The position numbers and the translations under genes are program-made. DNA of 64,000 nucleotides from Bythopirellula sp. (lineage in GTDB: Bacteria; Planctomycetota; Planctomycetia; Pirellulales; Lacipirellulaceae): contig OZ244170.1 in NCBI GenBank assembly GCA_965216565.1, positions 2,624,001 through 2,688,000 on the forward strand, read 5' to 3'. Each line of letters begins with the position of its first letter. The stretch's first letter is position 1. This document shows, piece after piece, positions 27,868 to 38,527 of the stretch. Under the pieces are notes generated by a model, which did no database searches, was not told the origin of the DNA, and was given only the letters and a program-made list of their open reading frames with translations.

Positions 27868-29664
27868 TCAGTCATCGTCCGCGCGGAGGACCGAGATAAA
27901 TGCCTTTTGTGGAATATTCACGCTGCCAAATTGCTTCATCTTGGCCTTGCCCTTCTTCTGCTTCTCAAGCAGCTTCTTCTTACGGGTCACATCGCCACCG
28001 TAGAGCTTCTCGGTCACATCCTTACGGAAGGGAGCCACAGTAGTACGGGCGATAATCTCGCCGCCAATTGCACCTTGGATTGGAATTTTGAACTGGTGGC
28101 GAGGAATCTCCTTGGCCAGTTTTTCGCAATAATGCAACGCACGAGTACGCGCTTTGTCGCGGTGAACGAGATAGGAGAGCGTATCGACGGGCTCTTTGTT
28201 GACCAAAATGTCGACTTTCACGACGTCCGTTTGACGATACTCGATTGGCTCGTAATCGAACGAACCGTACCCACGAGTCAGCATCTTCAGCTTACCGTAG
28301 AAGTCGAACAAGACCTCGCCCAGCGGCATCACGCTAGTTACTTCCAGCCGCTTGGCGGAAAGGTAGTCCATCGTCTGGCTCTCCGAGCGATGCTCTCGGC
28401 ACAGTTCCATCACTCCGCCGACATATTCTTCCGGAGTAAGGATCGAAGCCTTAATGTACGGTTCGCTTGCAGACTCGATAGACATCGGATCGGGCCAGTA
28501 GCTGGGATTGTCTACTTCAGTTTCGGAGCCATCGCGCAACGTCAGCTTGTATTTCACAGACGGAGCTGAAATCACGAGTCCGATATCAAACTCGCGCTGT
28601 AGTCGTTCCTGAATGACGTCCAGATGCAGCAGACCCAAAAACCCACAGCGAAATCCAAAACCAAGGGCTGCTGAACTATCTTTCTCATAGGTCAGAGCGG
28701 CATCATTAATCGAGAGCTTGTCGAGCGCCTTAGAGAGTTCCTGATACTCGCCCGTATCCATGGGGTAGATAGACGAAAAGACAACCTGCCGGGCTTCCTG
28801 GTAGCCAGGAATTGGCTCATCTGCAGGCCGATCGAGCAGAGTGATTGTATCGCCGACCTCGATATCCTGGACGCTCTTAACCCCAGCCACAATATAGCCC
28901 ACCTCGCCTGCGCTAAGTTGTTTGCGAGGATTTAGTTGGAATTGGTTGTAGCCGACTTCGTCCACCTTAAAATCGCGATCTGCGTGCATGAAGTGAATAG
29001 TGTCACGGGGCTTGAGTGTCCCTTCCATCACGCGGCATTGCAATATCACGCCACGAAACTTGTCAAAGTGAGCATCGAATACCAACGCTTTCAAGGCAGC
29101 GCTGGAATCGCCTTGGGGAGGTGGCAACTTTTCGACGATGCCTACCAAGACTTCTTCAATGTTGATGCCATTCTTGGCTGAAATGGCGATTGCTTCGAAG
29201 GGGTCGAGCCCCAACTCCGCATCAATCTCTTCTTGGGCGCGCTCGATATTGGCGGAGGGTAAATCGATCTTATTAATGATTGGCAGCAGTTCCAAATTCG
29301 TTTCCAACGCCATGTACAAATTGGCCACCGTCTGCGCCTCGACCCCTTGTGACGCATCAACAATGATCAACGCACCCTCACAAGCCATCAGAGAACGCCT
29401 GACTTCATGTGAAAAATCGACATGACCTGGCGTGTCAATGAGATTCAGCAAATAGTCCTTGCCATCGGGAGCTTGATAATTGAGAGTGATCGTATTGCTT
29501 TTGATCGTGATGCCACGTTCACGCTCGATGTCCATTGAATCGAGCATTTGCTCATGCAAATCTCGCTGCGCAATTCCATCGCAAGTTTGGATAAGACGGT
29601 CTGCCAGCGTCGACTTGCCGTGGTCGATATGGGCAATAATGCAGAAATTTCTAATGTGTTCCAT
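27868..29664 (-). CDS. lepA: Elongation factor 4 (LepA)
   Basis: IRNFCIIAHIDHGKSTLADR, GFRCGFLGLLH, YGGDVTRKKKLLEKQKKGK. Confidence 0.98.
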   Translation of the reverse strand: MEHIRNFCIIAHIDHGKSTLADRLIQTCDGIAQRDLHEQMLDSMDIERERGITIKSNTITLNYQAPDGKDYLLNLIDTPGHVDFSHEVRRSLMACEGALIIVDASQGVEAQTVANLYMALETNLELLPIINKIDLPSANIERAQEEIDAELGLDPFEAIAISAKNGINIEEVLVGIVEKLPPPQGDSSAALKALVFDAHFDKFRGVILQCRVMEGTLKPRDTIHFMHADRDFKVDEVGYNQFQLNPRKQLSAGEVGYIVAGVKSVQDIEVGDTITLLDRPADEPIPGYQEARQVVFSSIYPMDTGEYQELSKALDKLSINDAALTYEKDSSAALGFGFRCGFLGLLHLDVIQERLQREFDIGLVISAPSVKYKLTLRDGSETEVDNPSYWPDPMSIESASEPYIKASILTPEEYVGGVMELCREHRSESQTMDYLSAKRLEVTSVMPLGEVLFDFYGKLKMLTRGYGSFDYEPIEYRQTDVVKVDILVNKEPVDTLSYLVHRDKARTRALHYCEKLAKEIPRHQFKIPIQGAIGGEIIARTTVAPFRKDVTEKLYGGDVTRKKKLLEKQKKGKAKMKQFGSVNIPQKAFISVLRADDD

Positions 29665-30130
29665 GTCGTGATTTTAGCAGGAAACAGCATGAAAGATCAG
29701 GAGGCTAGACAGAGACAGGCTGGTCCTGCCCATTCCGGATCTAGAGATACTCTATTGAGTTTTGGGGAGTGAAGCATACCGTTCTTTCATGGCCAAAATG
29801 TAGCCGAGGTACTGCATTACCTACTCTCAGATCGGGGCATCCTAAGTGGTCTGTAGTAACAACGGCCTTGGAGGGTTGCAAGCTGCCAATCGGAGAGACT
29901 CACCCCCGCAAAGTCTTTGCCAAGCTCTATCTGGAAAGCATACCTGCTCCTTACAATATATTTCGGCAGGGAGTGCTTTCTTCTTGGAAGCCTAACTGGG
30001 GAACTATCTAATTGCGGCTCGCATGAGCCGAGCCATAATAGGTCCGTCGAGCCAGACCCTCAGACGCACAGAGCTTCAAACACACAGAGCCCCTAACACA
30101 CAGAAATCGTTGACTACTCGGAGAGAATGC

Positions 30131-31219
30131 ATGAAACCCGTTGTGACTTTCGGCGAAATCATGGGACGCCTCGCTGCTCCCGCACATTTGCGCCTGCGGC
30201 AAACTCGCGATTTCGAAATGACCTATGCCGGGTCGGAAGCCAGTGTTGCGGTTTCGATTTGCAATTTCGGCGGGACGGCCCGCTACGTCACTGCGCTACC
30301 CAAACATGCTTTGGCTGAGGCAACTGTCGATTCAGTCCGCGCACTGGGTGTGGACACTCAACACATCGTCCGCACAGATCAGGGTCGATTAGGGCTCTAT
30401 TTCCTGGAGACCGGGGCAAATCAGCGTCCCAGCAATGTCATCTACGATCGAACCGACTCAGCTGTATCGATGACTACTGCGGATCAATACGACTGGGATT
30501 CAATTCTGGATGGTGCCGGGTGGCTTCATCTTAGCGGCATCACCCCTGCATTGTCTGAAGTGGCCGCGGAAGCGACGCGCGTGGCGGCACAGAGAGCGAA
30601 GGCCAACGGAGCTTCAGTTTCGATCGATCTAAATTTCCGCAAGAAGCTCTGGAAATGGGATGACTCGAAATCGCCCCGCGAGCTTTCGCAGGAAACGATG
30701 CGAACCATTCTGCCTCATATTGACGTTGTGATAGCCAATGAAGAGGATTGCCACGATGTGTTGGGAATTCGTGCCGGCAGTACCGATGTGCATTCCGGAA
30801 AACTAGACACTTCGCGCTATCCAGACGTCGCTCGTCAGGTGGTCGAACAGTTCCCCAACATCAGCCTAGTCGCCATAACACTGCGCGAAAGCCTCTCGGC
30901 AACGCACAACAATTGGGGAGCAATGCTGTACGACGCCAAGGCACAGCAGGCACACTTTGCCCCACTCGATGAAGACGGTCAGTACCAGCCCTACGAGATC
31001 AAAAGCATTGTTGACCGTGTGGGCGGGGGAGACTCCTTTGCCGGTGGGTTGATCTTTTCACTGATGACCCCCGAACTAGATGATTCTGAAACAGCCTTGA
31101 AGTTTGCCGTTGCCGCTTCGTGTTTGAAGCATTCGATCAAAGGCGATTTCAACTATTCCACTCGAGCCGAAGCAGAAGCCCTTATGGGTGGCAGTGCGTC
31201 AGGGCGAGTGGTGCGTTGA
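30131..31219 (+). CDS. kdgK: PfkB family sugar kinase, probable 2-keto-3-deoxygluconate kinase
   Basis: VVTFGEIM, DLNFRKKLW, IVDRVGGGDSFAGG, C-terminal SGRVVR. Confidence 0.85.
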   Translation: MKPVVTFGEIMGRLAAPAHLRLRQTRDFEMTYAGSEASVAVSICNFGGTARYVTALPKHALAEATVDSVRALGVDTQHIVRTDQGRLGLYFLETGANQRPSNVIYDRTDSAVSMTTADQYDWDSILDGAGWLHLSGITPALSEVAAEATRVAAQRAKANGASVSIDLNFRKKLWKWDDSKSPRELSQETMRTILPHIDVVIANEEDCHDVLGIRAGSTDVHSGKLDTSRYPDVARQVVEQFPNISLVAITLRESLSATHNNWGAMLYDAKAQQAHFAPLDEDGQYQPYEIKSIVDRVGGGDSFAGGLIFSLMTPELDDSETALKFAVAASCLKHSIKGDFNYSTRAEAEALMGGSASGRVVR

Positions 31220-31402
31220 TACTCAGGAAACAACGCGCAGCTGATTGCAAAAGGCGAAAATCGGCTCGAAGTGAATTGTGTGCTATTTGGCTTAACTTCA
31301 TCCAGATCGCTGGATTCCTGACGTCACATGATGTCAAATAGGCTTAAAGGCATTCAATCGCCAGCTCTCATCAGACTGATCACATCGTGCGGAGATCTAG
31401 AA

Positions 31403-34400
31403 ATGTTCACGCCACCTTCTTGTCGAACGGCAGCATCGATTGCCTTGGTAATGCTCATTGGGATCTCTAGCGTACAAAACACCCCAGCCGAGGAGCAAAA
31501 CTCTGAGATCGATCCCGCTGCTGAAAAACGAATTCGAGCGATGTCAGAGTACCTGGGCAATCTGAAAACTTTCTCCGTCGAGGCAAGTCATACGATAGAG
31601 ATGGAGGGCGATGATGAATCAGCCCAAAGCTATAGCGATCTACGCCGCGTCTTCGTCAAACAACCGAACCGATTGAGCATAACGGCCTCAGGCGATAGTG
31701 AAGGCGAAGTGATCTGCGATGGCAAACAGCTGTTTGCCTACATGCCCTCGATCGCAAATTACCTAATGGTCGACGCACCTGAAGATTTCGAGCAGATCAT
31801 GCTGCAAGAGGCAGCCTTGCTTTTGGGTGGTGCCGGTCGAACAGCTTTGCAGTTAGCAACCGGCGATTCCTACGATCAGTTCATGAAATCTACTGCTAGC
31901 CTCACACTTCTAGAGCCCGAGCTTATCGGCGACACCAAGTACGATCGAATAGAAATGGCAAAGGAAAATGCGATCGTCCGTTGGTGGATCGAACAAGGAG
32001 ATCGTCCTTTGCTCCACAAGGCGCAGTGGGAAATGCGGTATGAGATGCCTGCTGGAGTCGAAACGAAAATGCCCAGCCAAGTCCTTACGTTTTCGAACTG
32101 GGAGGTCGATCAACCGATCGCCGATGAGATCTTTGCGATCGAAGTCCCCGAAGATGCAGAGCAAGTCGCATCGTTTATGACACAAGACCGGCACGACGAC
32201 GAGCCCCACCCCCTGTTGGGTGCAGAGGCTCCTGATTGTGAGCTCACACTTCTGGACGGTGACCCCCAACAGCTTACAGACTTAAAAGGCGATCAAGTCG
32301 TCGTGCTTGATTTTTGGGCTCTTTGGTGTGCTCCTTGCCTAGAAGCCTTACCTATCGTGAATTCGGTAGCCGCGCAATTTTCCGATCGCGATGTCGCCTT
32401 TTTTACTGTCAATAGCGGCGATGATGCCGAGGACATCCGGGAGTTTTTAGAAGAACAAGATTTGGACTTACCGATTGCTCTCGATCCCGAATCTGAGATA
32501 AGTGATTTGTTTCACGCAAACAGCATCCCAATGACGGTGATTATCGATAAGGAAGGCGTGGTCCAGGTAGTTCACATCGGCTTGGACAGCGATCTCGAAA
32601 AGACTCTCAGCCAAGAAATTGAAGACGTCATCGCAGGCAAGCAACTAGCGGAAGAAACTCTAGAAGCGGCTCGCGAGGCGAAGCGTTGGGGCAAACCAAT
32701 TCCGAGCGGAGAAGACGCAATAACCGCCACGGATGCTACCGAGTTCGAATTAGCTTTCAATTTACGTACCAGCGTAGACTCCTACAAAAAAGTTGGCAGC
32801 CGAAATGAGGCGTGGGACGAATCGGCAATCGAATTTCTGACAGAAATGTCTAGCCATTTCTCGTCGTCCAAAGGTCACAAATCGCGGATGGAACTCATCG
32901 AGATGGCAGAACCGCTTGTCGAGAGCGGGTGTGACGACCCACTGGTGCGATACTGCCATGGAGCGATGCTCGAAGACGGAGCACAGGATGATGTCTCAAG
33001 GGCAAGAGGCTCGCGATTTGTTGAGCGCAGCTATGCAGGTTTGGTCGAACGAGGGTATCCAGAAAGTCGCTGCTATGCTGCTGCGAAACGAATTTGGAAA
33101 AAATCGTGCAAGGCGCACGATCAGGAAGAGGTCGCAGATAAGTATCTCGCCTTAACCCGACAGCACGCCCTGGCATCCGTGCTTGATGACGATCTAGACA
33201 ACCACGATGGTCGCACCATCTACCGTCACTTAAACAGCTTCTGCGAGTTGTTGCCACTTGAAACTCGAGCAGAATTTTGCGAAGCGGCAAAAGCCCACGA
33301 AGAGGCGTCGCCCTTTGTGGTGAACATGTTGGTAGGCCAGTACCACGTCGAAGCTGGCTGGAAAGCGCGAGGTACGAGCTGGGCCACGGAAGTTACCGAA
33401 GAGGGATGGAAAGGTTTTGATGAGCACATGACCGAAGCACGCGAGTGCTTCGAAAAGGCTTGGGAAGCCGCCCCGAATCGTCCGGAGGCGGCATCAGAGA
33501 TGATCAAGATTTCCATGTCTTCAAGTCGGTCTGCTTTCCGAGAAATGCGCATGTGGTTCGACCGGGCAGTTGAGGCGCAGTTCGACTATCGCCCCGCTTA
33601 TACGAAGCTTGTTTGGGGTCTCATGCCGCGATGGCATGGCTCGCACGATTTGATCTATCAGTTTGGTGTTGAATGCATGAACACCGAGCGTTACGACACC
33701 GATGTGCCATTCATGCTTTGCGACAACTTGTGGCGTATCATTCGCGACAACAAACACAACCCGTTGGGCACGGACTTCCTACGCAAATCTGGGATCTATG
33801 AGAACGTCCAAATCGTCTGCGAAAGGTACATCGATGAGGGGAGTAAAAAGCACGACATTCCGTGGTGGCAGACGACGTGGCTGGGGTTTGCCTATCTGAC
33901 CGGCCATTGGGACGACGCCGAACGATTGCTAGAGGAACTCGATTTCGATCTGAACTCCAACGCGTTAGGCAGATTCCCCTTGAACGCCGATAAAGTGATC
34001 GCTGAGGTTCAGATCCGTACCAGTCCACATGCCGATGCCATCACACAGGCGTTTCAGCTGGCCGACTCAGGACAGCAGGAGGAAGCCATCGAGGAACTCA
34101 CCGCACTCTTGGACGAAGAAGATCTTCCCTCAATCGTTGCCAGCCGAGTTCGATCTCGGCTGCAAGGGCTCAACTGGACTACGGAGTTTGAAAGTGGCGA
34201 GCCGGTAAGTCTTATTCCAGAAAGAGGACTCGATGGCTGGAAGGTTGTCGCGGGAAACTGGATTCAGAATCCCAATGGTGGATTGCGTGGCGAATCGGAT
34301 CTCTCCGGGGCAATGCTCGAATGTGAAACCGATTTTGGCACTCACTGGGAAATTCGTGGGGAAGTCACCCATGGTAAAAGCCCCTATAATCCTTGGGATG

Positions 34401-34726
34401 CCGGTATCTTGCTGATGGTCGATGGTAGCCCCGATTTCTCGCTGGCGTTCCATCCTACGGAGAAATGGGTGGCGGCGGGTCCCCGGGAGGAACTCAAAGA
34501 GCATCGAATTCCTTTCGAAGTCCAAGGAAGAACGACTGACTTCGTAATCCGTATGGAAGACAACCAAGTGAACGTTTGGTTAAACGAAGAATTGGTAATC
34601 GAGGATCAGAAAATCGTCGGCCTATCAAGTTCCGATTCGTACAAAATAGCTATCGGAGCTAAGTACTGGTGGAACGGATCGATCCTCACCTACAAAAACT
34701 TAGTTATCGAGAAAGTCGATCATTAG
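31403..34726 (+). CDS. Multidomain exported protein: LolA-like/DUF2092-like + TlpA redoxin + helical DUF4034-like + C-terminal beta-sandwich (DUF1080-like)
   Basis: KQPNRLSI...DGKQL; LDFWALWCAPC; GWKARGTSWA and LMPRWHGS; LDGWKVVAGNW. Confidence 0.72.
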   Translation: MFTPPSCRTAASIALVMLIGISSVQNTPAEEQNSEIDPAAEKRIRAMSEYLGNLKTFSVEASHTIEMEGDDESAQSYSDLRRVFVKQPNRLSITASGDSEGEVICDGKQLFAYMPSIANYLMVDAPEDFEQIMLQEAALLLGGAGRTALQLATGDSYDQFMKSTASLTLLEPELIGDTKYDRIEMAKENAIVRWWIEQGDRPLLHKAQWEMRYEMPAGVETKMPSQVLTFSNWEVDQPIADEIFAIEVPEDAEQVASFMTQDRHDDEPHPLLGAEAPDCELTLLDGDPQQLTDLKGDQVVVLDFWALWCAPCLEALPIVNSVAAQFSDRDVAFFTVNSGDDAEDIREFLEEQDLDLPIALDPESEISDLFHANSIPMTVIIDKEGVVQVVHIGLDSDLEKTLSQEIEDVIAGKQLAEETLEAAREAKRWGKPIPSGEDAITATDATEFELAFNLRTSVDSYKKVGSRNEAWDESAIEFLTEMSSHFSSSKGHKSRMELIEMAEPLVESGCDDPLVRYCHGAMLEDGAQDDVSRARGSRFVERSYAGLVERGYPESRCYAAAKRIWKKSCKAHDQEEVADKYLALTRQHALASVLDDDLDNHDGRTIYRHLNSFCELLPLETRAEFCEAAKAHEEASPFVVNMLVGQYHVEAGWKARGTSWATEVTEEGWKGFDEHMTEARECFEKAWEAAPNRPEAASEMIKISMSSSRSAFREMRMWFDRAVEAQFDYRPAYTKLVWGLMPRWHGSHDLIYQFGVECMNTERYDTDVPFMLCDNLWRIIRDNKHNPLGTDFLRKSGIYENVQIVCERYIDEGSKKHDIPWWQTTWLGFAYLTGHWDDAERLLEELDFDLNSNALGRFPLNADKVIAEVQIRTSPHADAITQAFQLADSGQQEEAIEELTALLDEEDLPSIVASRVRSRLQGLNWTTEFESGEPVSLIPERGLDGWKVVAGNWIQNPNGGLRGESDLSGAMLECETDFGTHWEIRGEVTHGKSPYNPWDAGILLMVDGSPDFSLAFHPTEKWVAAGPREELKEHRIPFEVQGRTTDFVIRMEDNQVNVWLNEELVIEDQKIVGLSSSDSYKIAIGAKYWWNGSILTYKNLVIEKVDH

Positions 34727-34771
34727 TTCGGAAACACGAACCGCGCTAAGATTCCAAGAATTCTACCTCGC

Positions 34772-35809
34772 ATGAAATCATTCCAACTCACTGATCTAAG
34801 ATCAATGGAATTGAGGGACATTCCCGACCCGAAGATCGAGAAAACTGACGATATAATGGTCAAGATCGGCGCTGTGGGAGTGTGCGGATCAGATATTCAT
34901 TATTTCACGTCGGGCCGCATCGGTGAGCAAGTTGTCCAATACCCTTTTACGGTTGGCCACGAGTGTGCCGGTACCATCGTGGAAATTGGCAGCGATGTTA
35001 CAGACCTACAGGTAGGTGATCGTATTGCTGTGGAGCCTGCTGTCACTTGTGGGAGATGCGATCAATGCCTGGCCGGGCGAGAAAATACTTGTCGAGAAAA
35101 CCGCTTCCTAGGTTGTCCGGGGCAAGCAGAAGGAAGTCTTTCAGAATACCTCGTCATGCCGAAACAGAATTGCTTCAAGATCGAAGACTCGCTAAGTCTT
35201 GCCGAGGCTACGATCTCCGAGCCACTGGCAATTGCAATTTATGCAGTCGAAAAGAGCAAAGTCCGAAGCGATCATCATGTAGGAATCCTTGGCATGGGTC
35301 CAATTGGCCGGACCGTGATGCTGGCTGCTCAATATCAGGGTTGTGACAAGATCTACTGCACAGATCAAATTGACGCGCGCACCAGTGCCGCGCGAGAAGC
35401 GGGCGCCATTTGGGCCGGCAACCCCAGCAAACAGGACGTGGTTCGTGAGCTCGTAGAGATAGCACCCCTTGGGCTCGATATCGTCTTCGAATGCTGCGGT
35501 GAGCAACAGGCCCTCGATCAGGCTGTGAAACTACTCAAGCCAGGGGGCACCTTGATGGTCATCGGTATTCTCGAAACCGATACCATGAGTTTCTGTACAG
35601 ACAGCATCCGTCGCAAAGAAATCACGATCGTTAACGTCCGCAGACAACAAGGCTGTGTGCAACGTGCCCTAGATATGATTGCGGAGCGGCCTACGGAGGT
35701 CAGTTCATTGATTACACACCGTTATAGCTTCGAGAACACAGACGCGGCATTCGACTTGGTGGCCGACTACCGCGACGGTGTTGTGAAGGCAATGATCGAG
35801 TTTGTTTGA
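34772..35809 (+). CDS. Zn-dependent alcohol/polyol dehydrogenase (sorbitol dehydrogenase-like)
   Basis: GVCGSDIHYF, GHECAG, CGRCDQC...C, GMGPIG. Confidence 0.92.
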   Translation: MKSFQLTDLRSMELRDIPDPKIEKTDDIMVKIGAVGVCGSDIHYFTSGRIGEQVVQYPFTVGHECAGTIVEIGSDVTDLQVGDRIAVEPAVTCGRCDQCLAGRENTCRENRFLGCPGQAEGSLSEYLVMPKQNCFKIEDSLSLAEATISEPLAIAIYAVEKSKVRSDHHVGILGMGPIGRTVMLAAQYQGCDKIYCTDQIDARTSAAREAGAIWAGNPSKQDVVRELVEIAPLGLDIVFECCGEQQALDQAVKLLKPGGTLMVIGILETDTMSFCTDSIRRKEITIVNVRRQQGCVQRALDMIAERPTEVSSLITHRYSFENTDAAFDLVADYRDGVVKAMIEFV

Positions 35810-35836
35810 CAATGTCTACCTGTACAAGTTTTTGAA

Positions 35837-37522
35837 CTAAACCAGCACATTTGACTTGTTTCTCGAACACAAAGCACTCAATGCCAACAATAGTGACAAC
35901 GAAATGGCACTTGGTTCTGGCACAACCGCTGCGTTGGCCGACGAAAGGAAGTTCCCGTAGTTATCTTCCCAATCCTCGAGGTCCGTTGAACTCAACGGCA
36001 CTGGCCGATCGCCCTGTTGCCACTCGAGGAAATCGAGGCCATCGACGTCGCCATCAAAATCGAAGTCTCCGGGCAAGAGGTGGATAAGTTCTCGGATCAC
36101 GCCATCCTTCTTGTTGCTTAGAAACACTCGACCCTCGATGCCATAGCTCCATCGCAAGTCAGCGCGTGTTTCCGTGGATAGCCCGTTGGCAGCACGCGTA
36201 TTGTTGATCTCGGTAAGAAAATCGATTGGCAGTCCCGATCCATCGACGTCAACTAGAATCAGTTCGGCAAAAGGGTCGACTCCCGACCGCTGGGCAGGAG
36301 GACCCCCAGAAACGTCGATGTACAGAGGCGCACCGGTTGGAAAATCTCCCGCGAGGAGCAACCCATCAAGTCCCGGAATCCCAGTACCACGCACCACCTC
36401 GCCAGCCGTAATTGCGCGTCCCCCTGTTAGTCCTGGAACTGGTGGCAGCGGAATATCTCCACTTCGATTATACTTGGCGATCGGATCTTCTAGCGACGGA
36501 TCAAGAGGATTGGAGTTCCCCTCCTCGACATCCCATCCGAAATGCCCCCCGTTACTGAGCAGATTGATTTCCTCCCAGGCTCCTTGGCCAATGTCTGCCA
36601 CGTAGAGGTTGCCCGTAGTATCGTCCCAGCCAAATCGTTGCGGGTTTCGCAGTCCGTATGCATATACTTCAGCCAGAGTGCTGGAGTCGCCATCGGATGC
36701 GAACACATTTTCCGAGGCGATGCCATAGTCGGCACCGCCCGCACCGTCGGGATCTAAAGGGTCGATGCGGAACATTTTGCCGTAGGGCTTATTGGGATCA
36801 CGGGCGATGTTCCAAGGATCGTTCCCGCTGCCACCATCGCCGATGGCCACATAGAGATTGCCGTAATCGGTATCGCCCGATCCGACCGAAGTATTAAAGG
36901 CAATCTGCCCACTGTTGTGATTCCCCCTGGGTTGTTCGAGCCGTAACACTTCGCGTGGTGCCCCGCCACCACCCGCGGCATAGGTCGCGGCGGTGGGATC
37001 GGTCACAGACCATTCCAGCAGCAAAGTATCGTGTGTGTTATTGCTGCTGCTACCTGTATTGCTCACGAAGGGGAAGTTCGGAGCAGGACCCGTATTCCCT
37101 TCGCTGTGGATCGTATAGAACTTCCCAAAACCATCAGTTCCAGTCTCGGCAAAATCAGGGTGAAAAGAAAAGCCTTGAAATCCCTGCTCACTGCTAGTCA
37201 CAAGGTTAATGCCCGCAAAAGTCGAAAGGTCGAGATAATTTGTCACCGTTGAGCCATCGGAACTCATTGTGTAGAGCGGGCCGCGTTGATCATTGACGAA
37301 TAGACGCCCCAGCGGATCGGACGTCACGACATTGACACGAGCCGGCGCAGAATTTCCTCCACTAGAGTCCGGCAGGACGGCGAAGTCTCGAATTCCGACT
37401 GAGATTCCTTGTTCGATAACAGCGTGTGCATCATTAGTCAGTCCGAAGACGACCAATACGATAAACGACATCACACACAATCGGAAAACTATACAATCTC
37501 TCCACAAAGCTAGAGTGCTCAT
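35837..37522 (-). CDS. PQQ-dependent glucose/sorbosone dehydrogenase-like beta-propeller with dockerin-like repeat and PEP-CTERM
   Basis: FHPDF, NHNSGQIAF, YVAIGDGG, YGLRNPQRF, ADIGQ; GDFDFDGDVDGLDFLEWQ; VPEPS. Confidence 0.87.
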   Translation of the reverse strand: MSTLALWRDCIVFRLCVMSFIVLVVFGLTNDAHAVIEQGISVGIRDFAVLPDSSGGNSAPARVNVVTSDPLGRLFVNDQRGPLYTMSSDGSTVTNYLDLSTFAGINLVTSSEQGFQGFSFHPDFAETGTDGFGKFYTIHSEGNTGPAPNFPFVSNTGSSSNNTHDTLLLEWSVTDPTAATYAAGGGGAPREVLRLEQPRGNHNSGQIAFNTSVGSGDTDYGNLYVAIGDGGSGNDPWNIARDPNKPYGKMFRIDPLDPDGAGGADYGIASENVFASDGDSSTLAEVYAYGLRNPQRFGWDDTTGNLYVADIGQGAWEEINLLSNGGHFGWDVEEGNSNPLDPSLEDPIAKYNRSGDIPLPPVPGLTGGRAITAGEVVRGTGIPGLDGLLLAGDFPTGAPLYIDVSGGPPAQRSGVDPFAELILVDVDGSGLPIDFLTEINNTRAANGLSTETRADLRWSYGIEGRVFLSNKKDGVIRELIHLLPGDFDFDGDVDGLDFLEWQQGDRPVPLSSTDLEDWEDNYGNFLSSANAAVVPEPSAISLSLLLALSALCSRNKSNVLV

Positions 37523-37840
37523 CTTTCTGTCTCCCTGTTCCAGTGAGGAGTAGCCAAGAGGACGAGCATTGGTTGAGATGCTCACTTGGCGATTACTTCC
37601 ATAGGATACAGGCAATTCCTGCCCCGATACAACCTTTTTTTGTAGTCGCTCGGGCCCGGTGCTACCAAACTTGCTCTTTGAGACTTAGAGACGATAGTAC
37701 GACTAATTGTAATCGGTGACAGGATGTCGTTAGTCGAGAAAACGTTGTATATTGGTTACTTCCTAAACACTGAATTGCTATCTCTTTCCAATAGGCAATT
37801 CCTCGCAAAGATTCGCCCTCAAATAAACTGGCTGAAACAG

Positions 37841-38389
37841 ATGTCTAAAGCGCTACTGGTGATTGATGTTCAACGAGAGTACTTTGACGGCGCGCTGCCG
37901 ATCACTCACCCCGTTGGCCATTTGGATCGAATTTTGAACGTCATGGACAATGCGGCAAAGTCCAGGGTGCCTACTGCCGTGGTGCGACATCACCAGCCTG
38001 ATCCAGACTCGCCCATCTTCCGTCTGAATTCTGATATGTGGCAGCTCCACACTGAAGTCGAGCAACGCCCACATGACATCTTAATCGACAAGAAACTGCC
38101 TGGTTCGTTCACTGACACAAACTTGGAAGACTGGCTCAAGGAAGTAGGTGCCGAGTCGGTCTCCATCGCCGGTTACATGACTCAGATCTGTTGCGATACG
38201 ACAGCTCGCCAAGCATTTCACCGTGGGTTCAAGGTTGAGTTTCTTAGCGACGCTACCGGAACCTTGAACGTCGAAAATGAAGCGGGCTCAGTGACAGCCG
38301 AGCAACTGCATACCTCGATCCTTGTTTCACAACAAATGTTCATCAGCGAGGTCGTCTCCAGTATCGACTGGATTGAACGACTGGCCTGA
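37841..38389 (+). CDS. Isochorismatase/cysteine hydrolase family protein
   Basis: ALLVIDVQ, DKKLPGSF, GYMTQICCDTTAR. Confidence 0.92.
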   Translation: MSKALLVIDVQREYFDGALPITHPVGHLDRILNVMDNAAKSRVPTAVVRHHQPDPDSPIFRLNSDMWQLHTEVEQRPHDILIDKKLPGSFTDTNLEDWLKEVGAESVSIAGYMTQICCDTTARQAFHRGFKVEFLSDATGTLNVENEAGSVTAEQLHTSILVSQQMFISEVVSSIDWIERLA

Positions 38390-38527
38390 GCTTTGTGAAA
38401 TTGGAGGGGCAATAGGCACCTGGGAACACGGTCCTGGCCTTGTCCATAAATCTCCGTTTCCTCGGAGATCTCCTCTCCACAATCTGGTCCTCTGGCAAAT
38501 AGCTTAGCTCCGGTTGCTCGAATCCCG

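Noticed and set aside
27859..28569. 236-aa plus-strand ORF
   Set aside because: Antisense shadow of lepA
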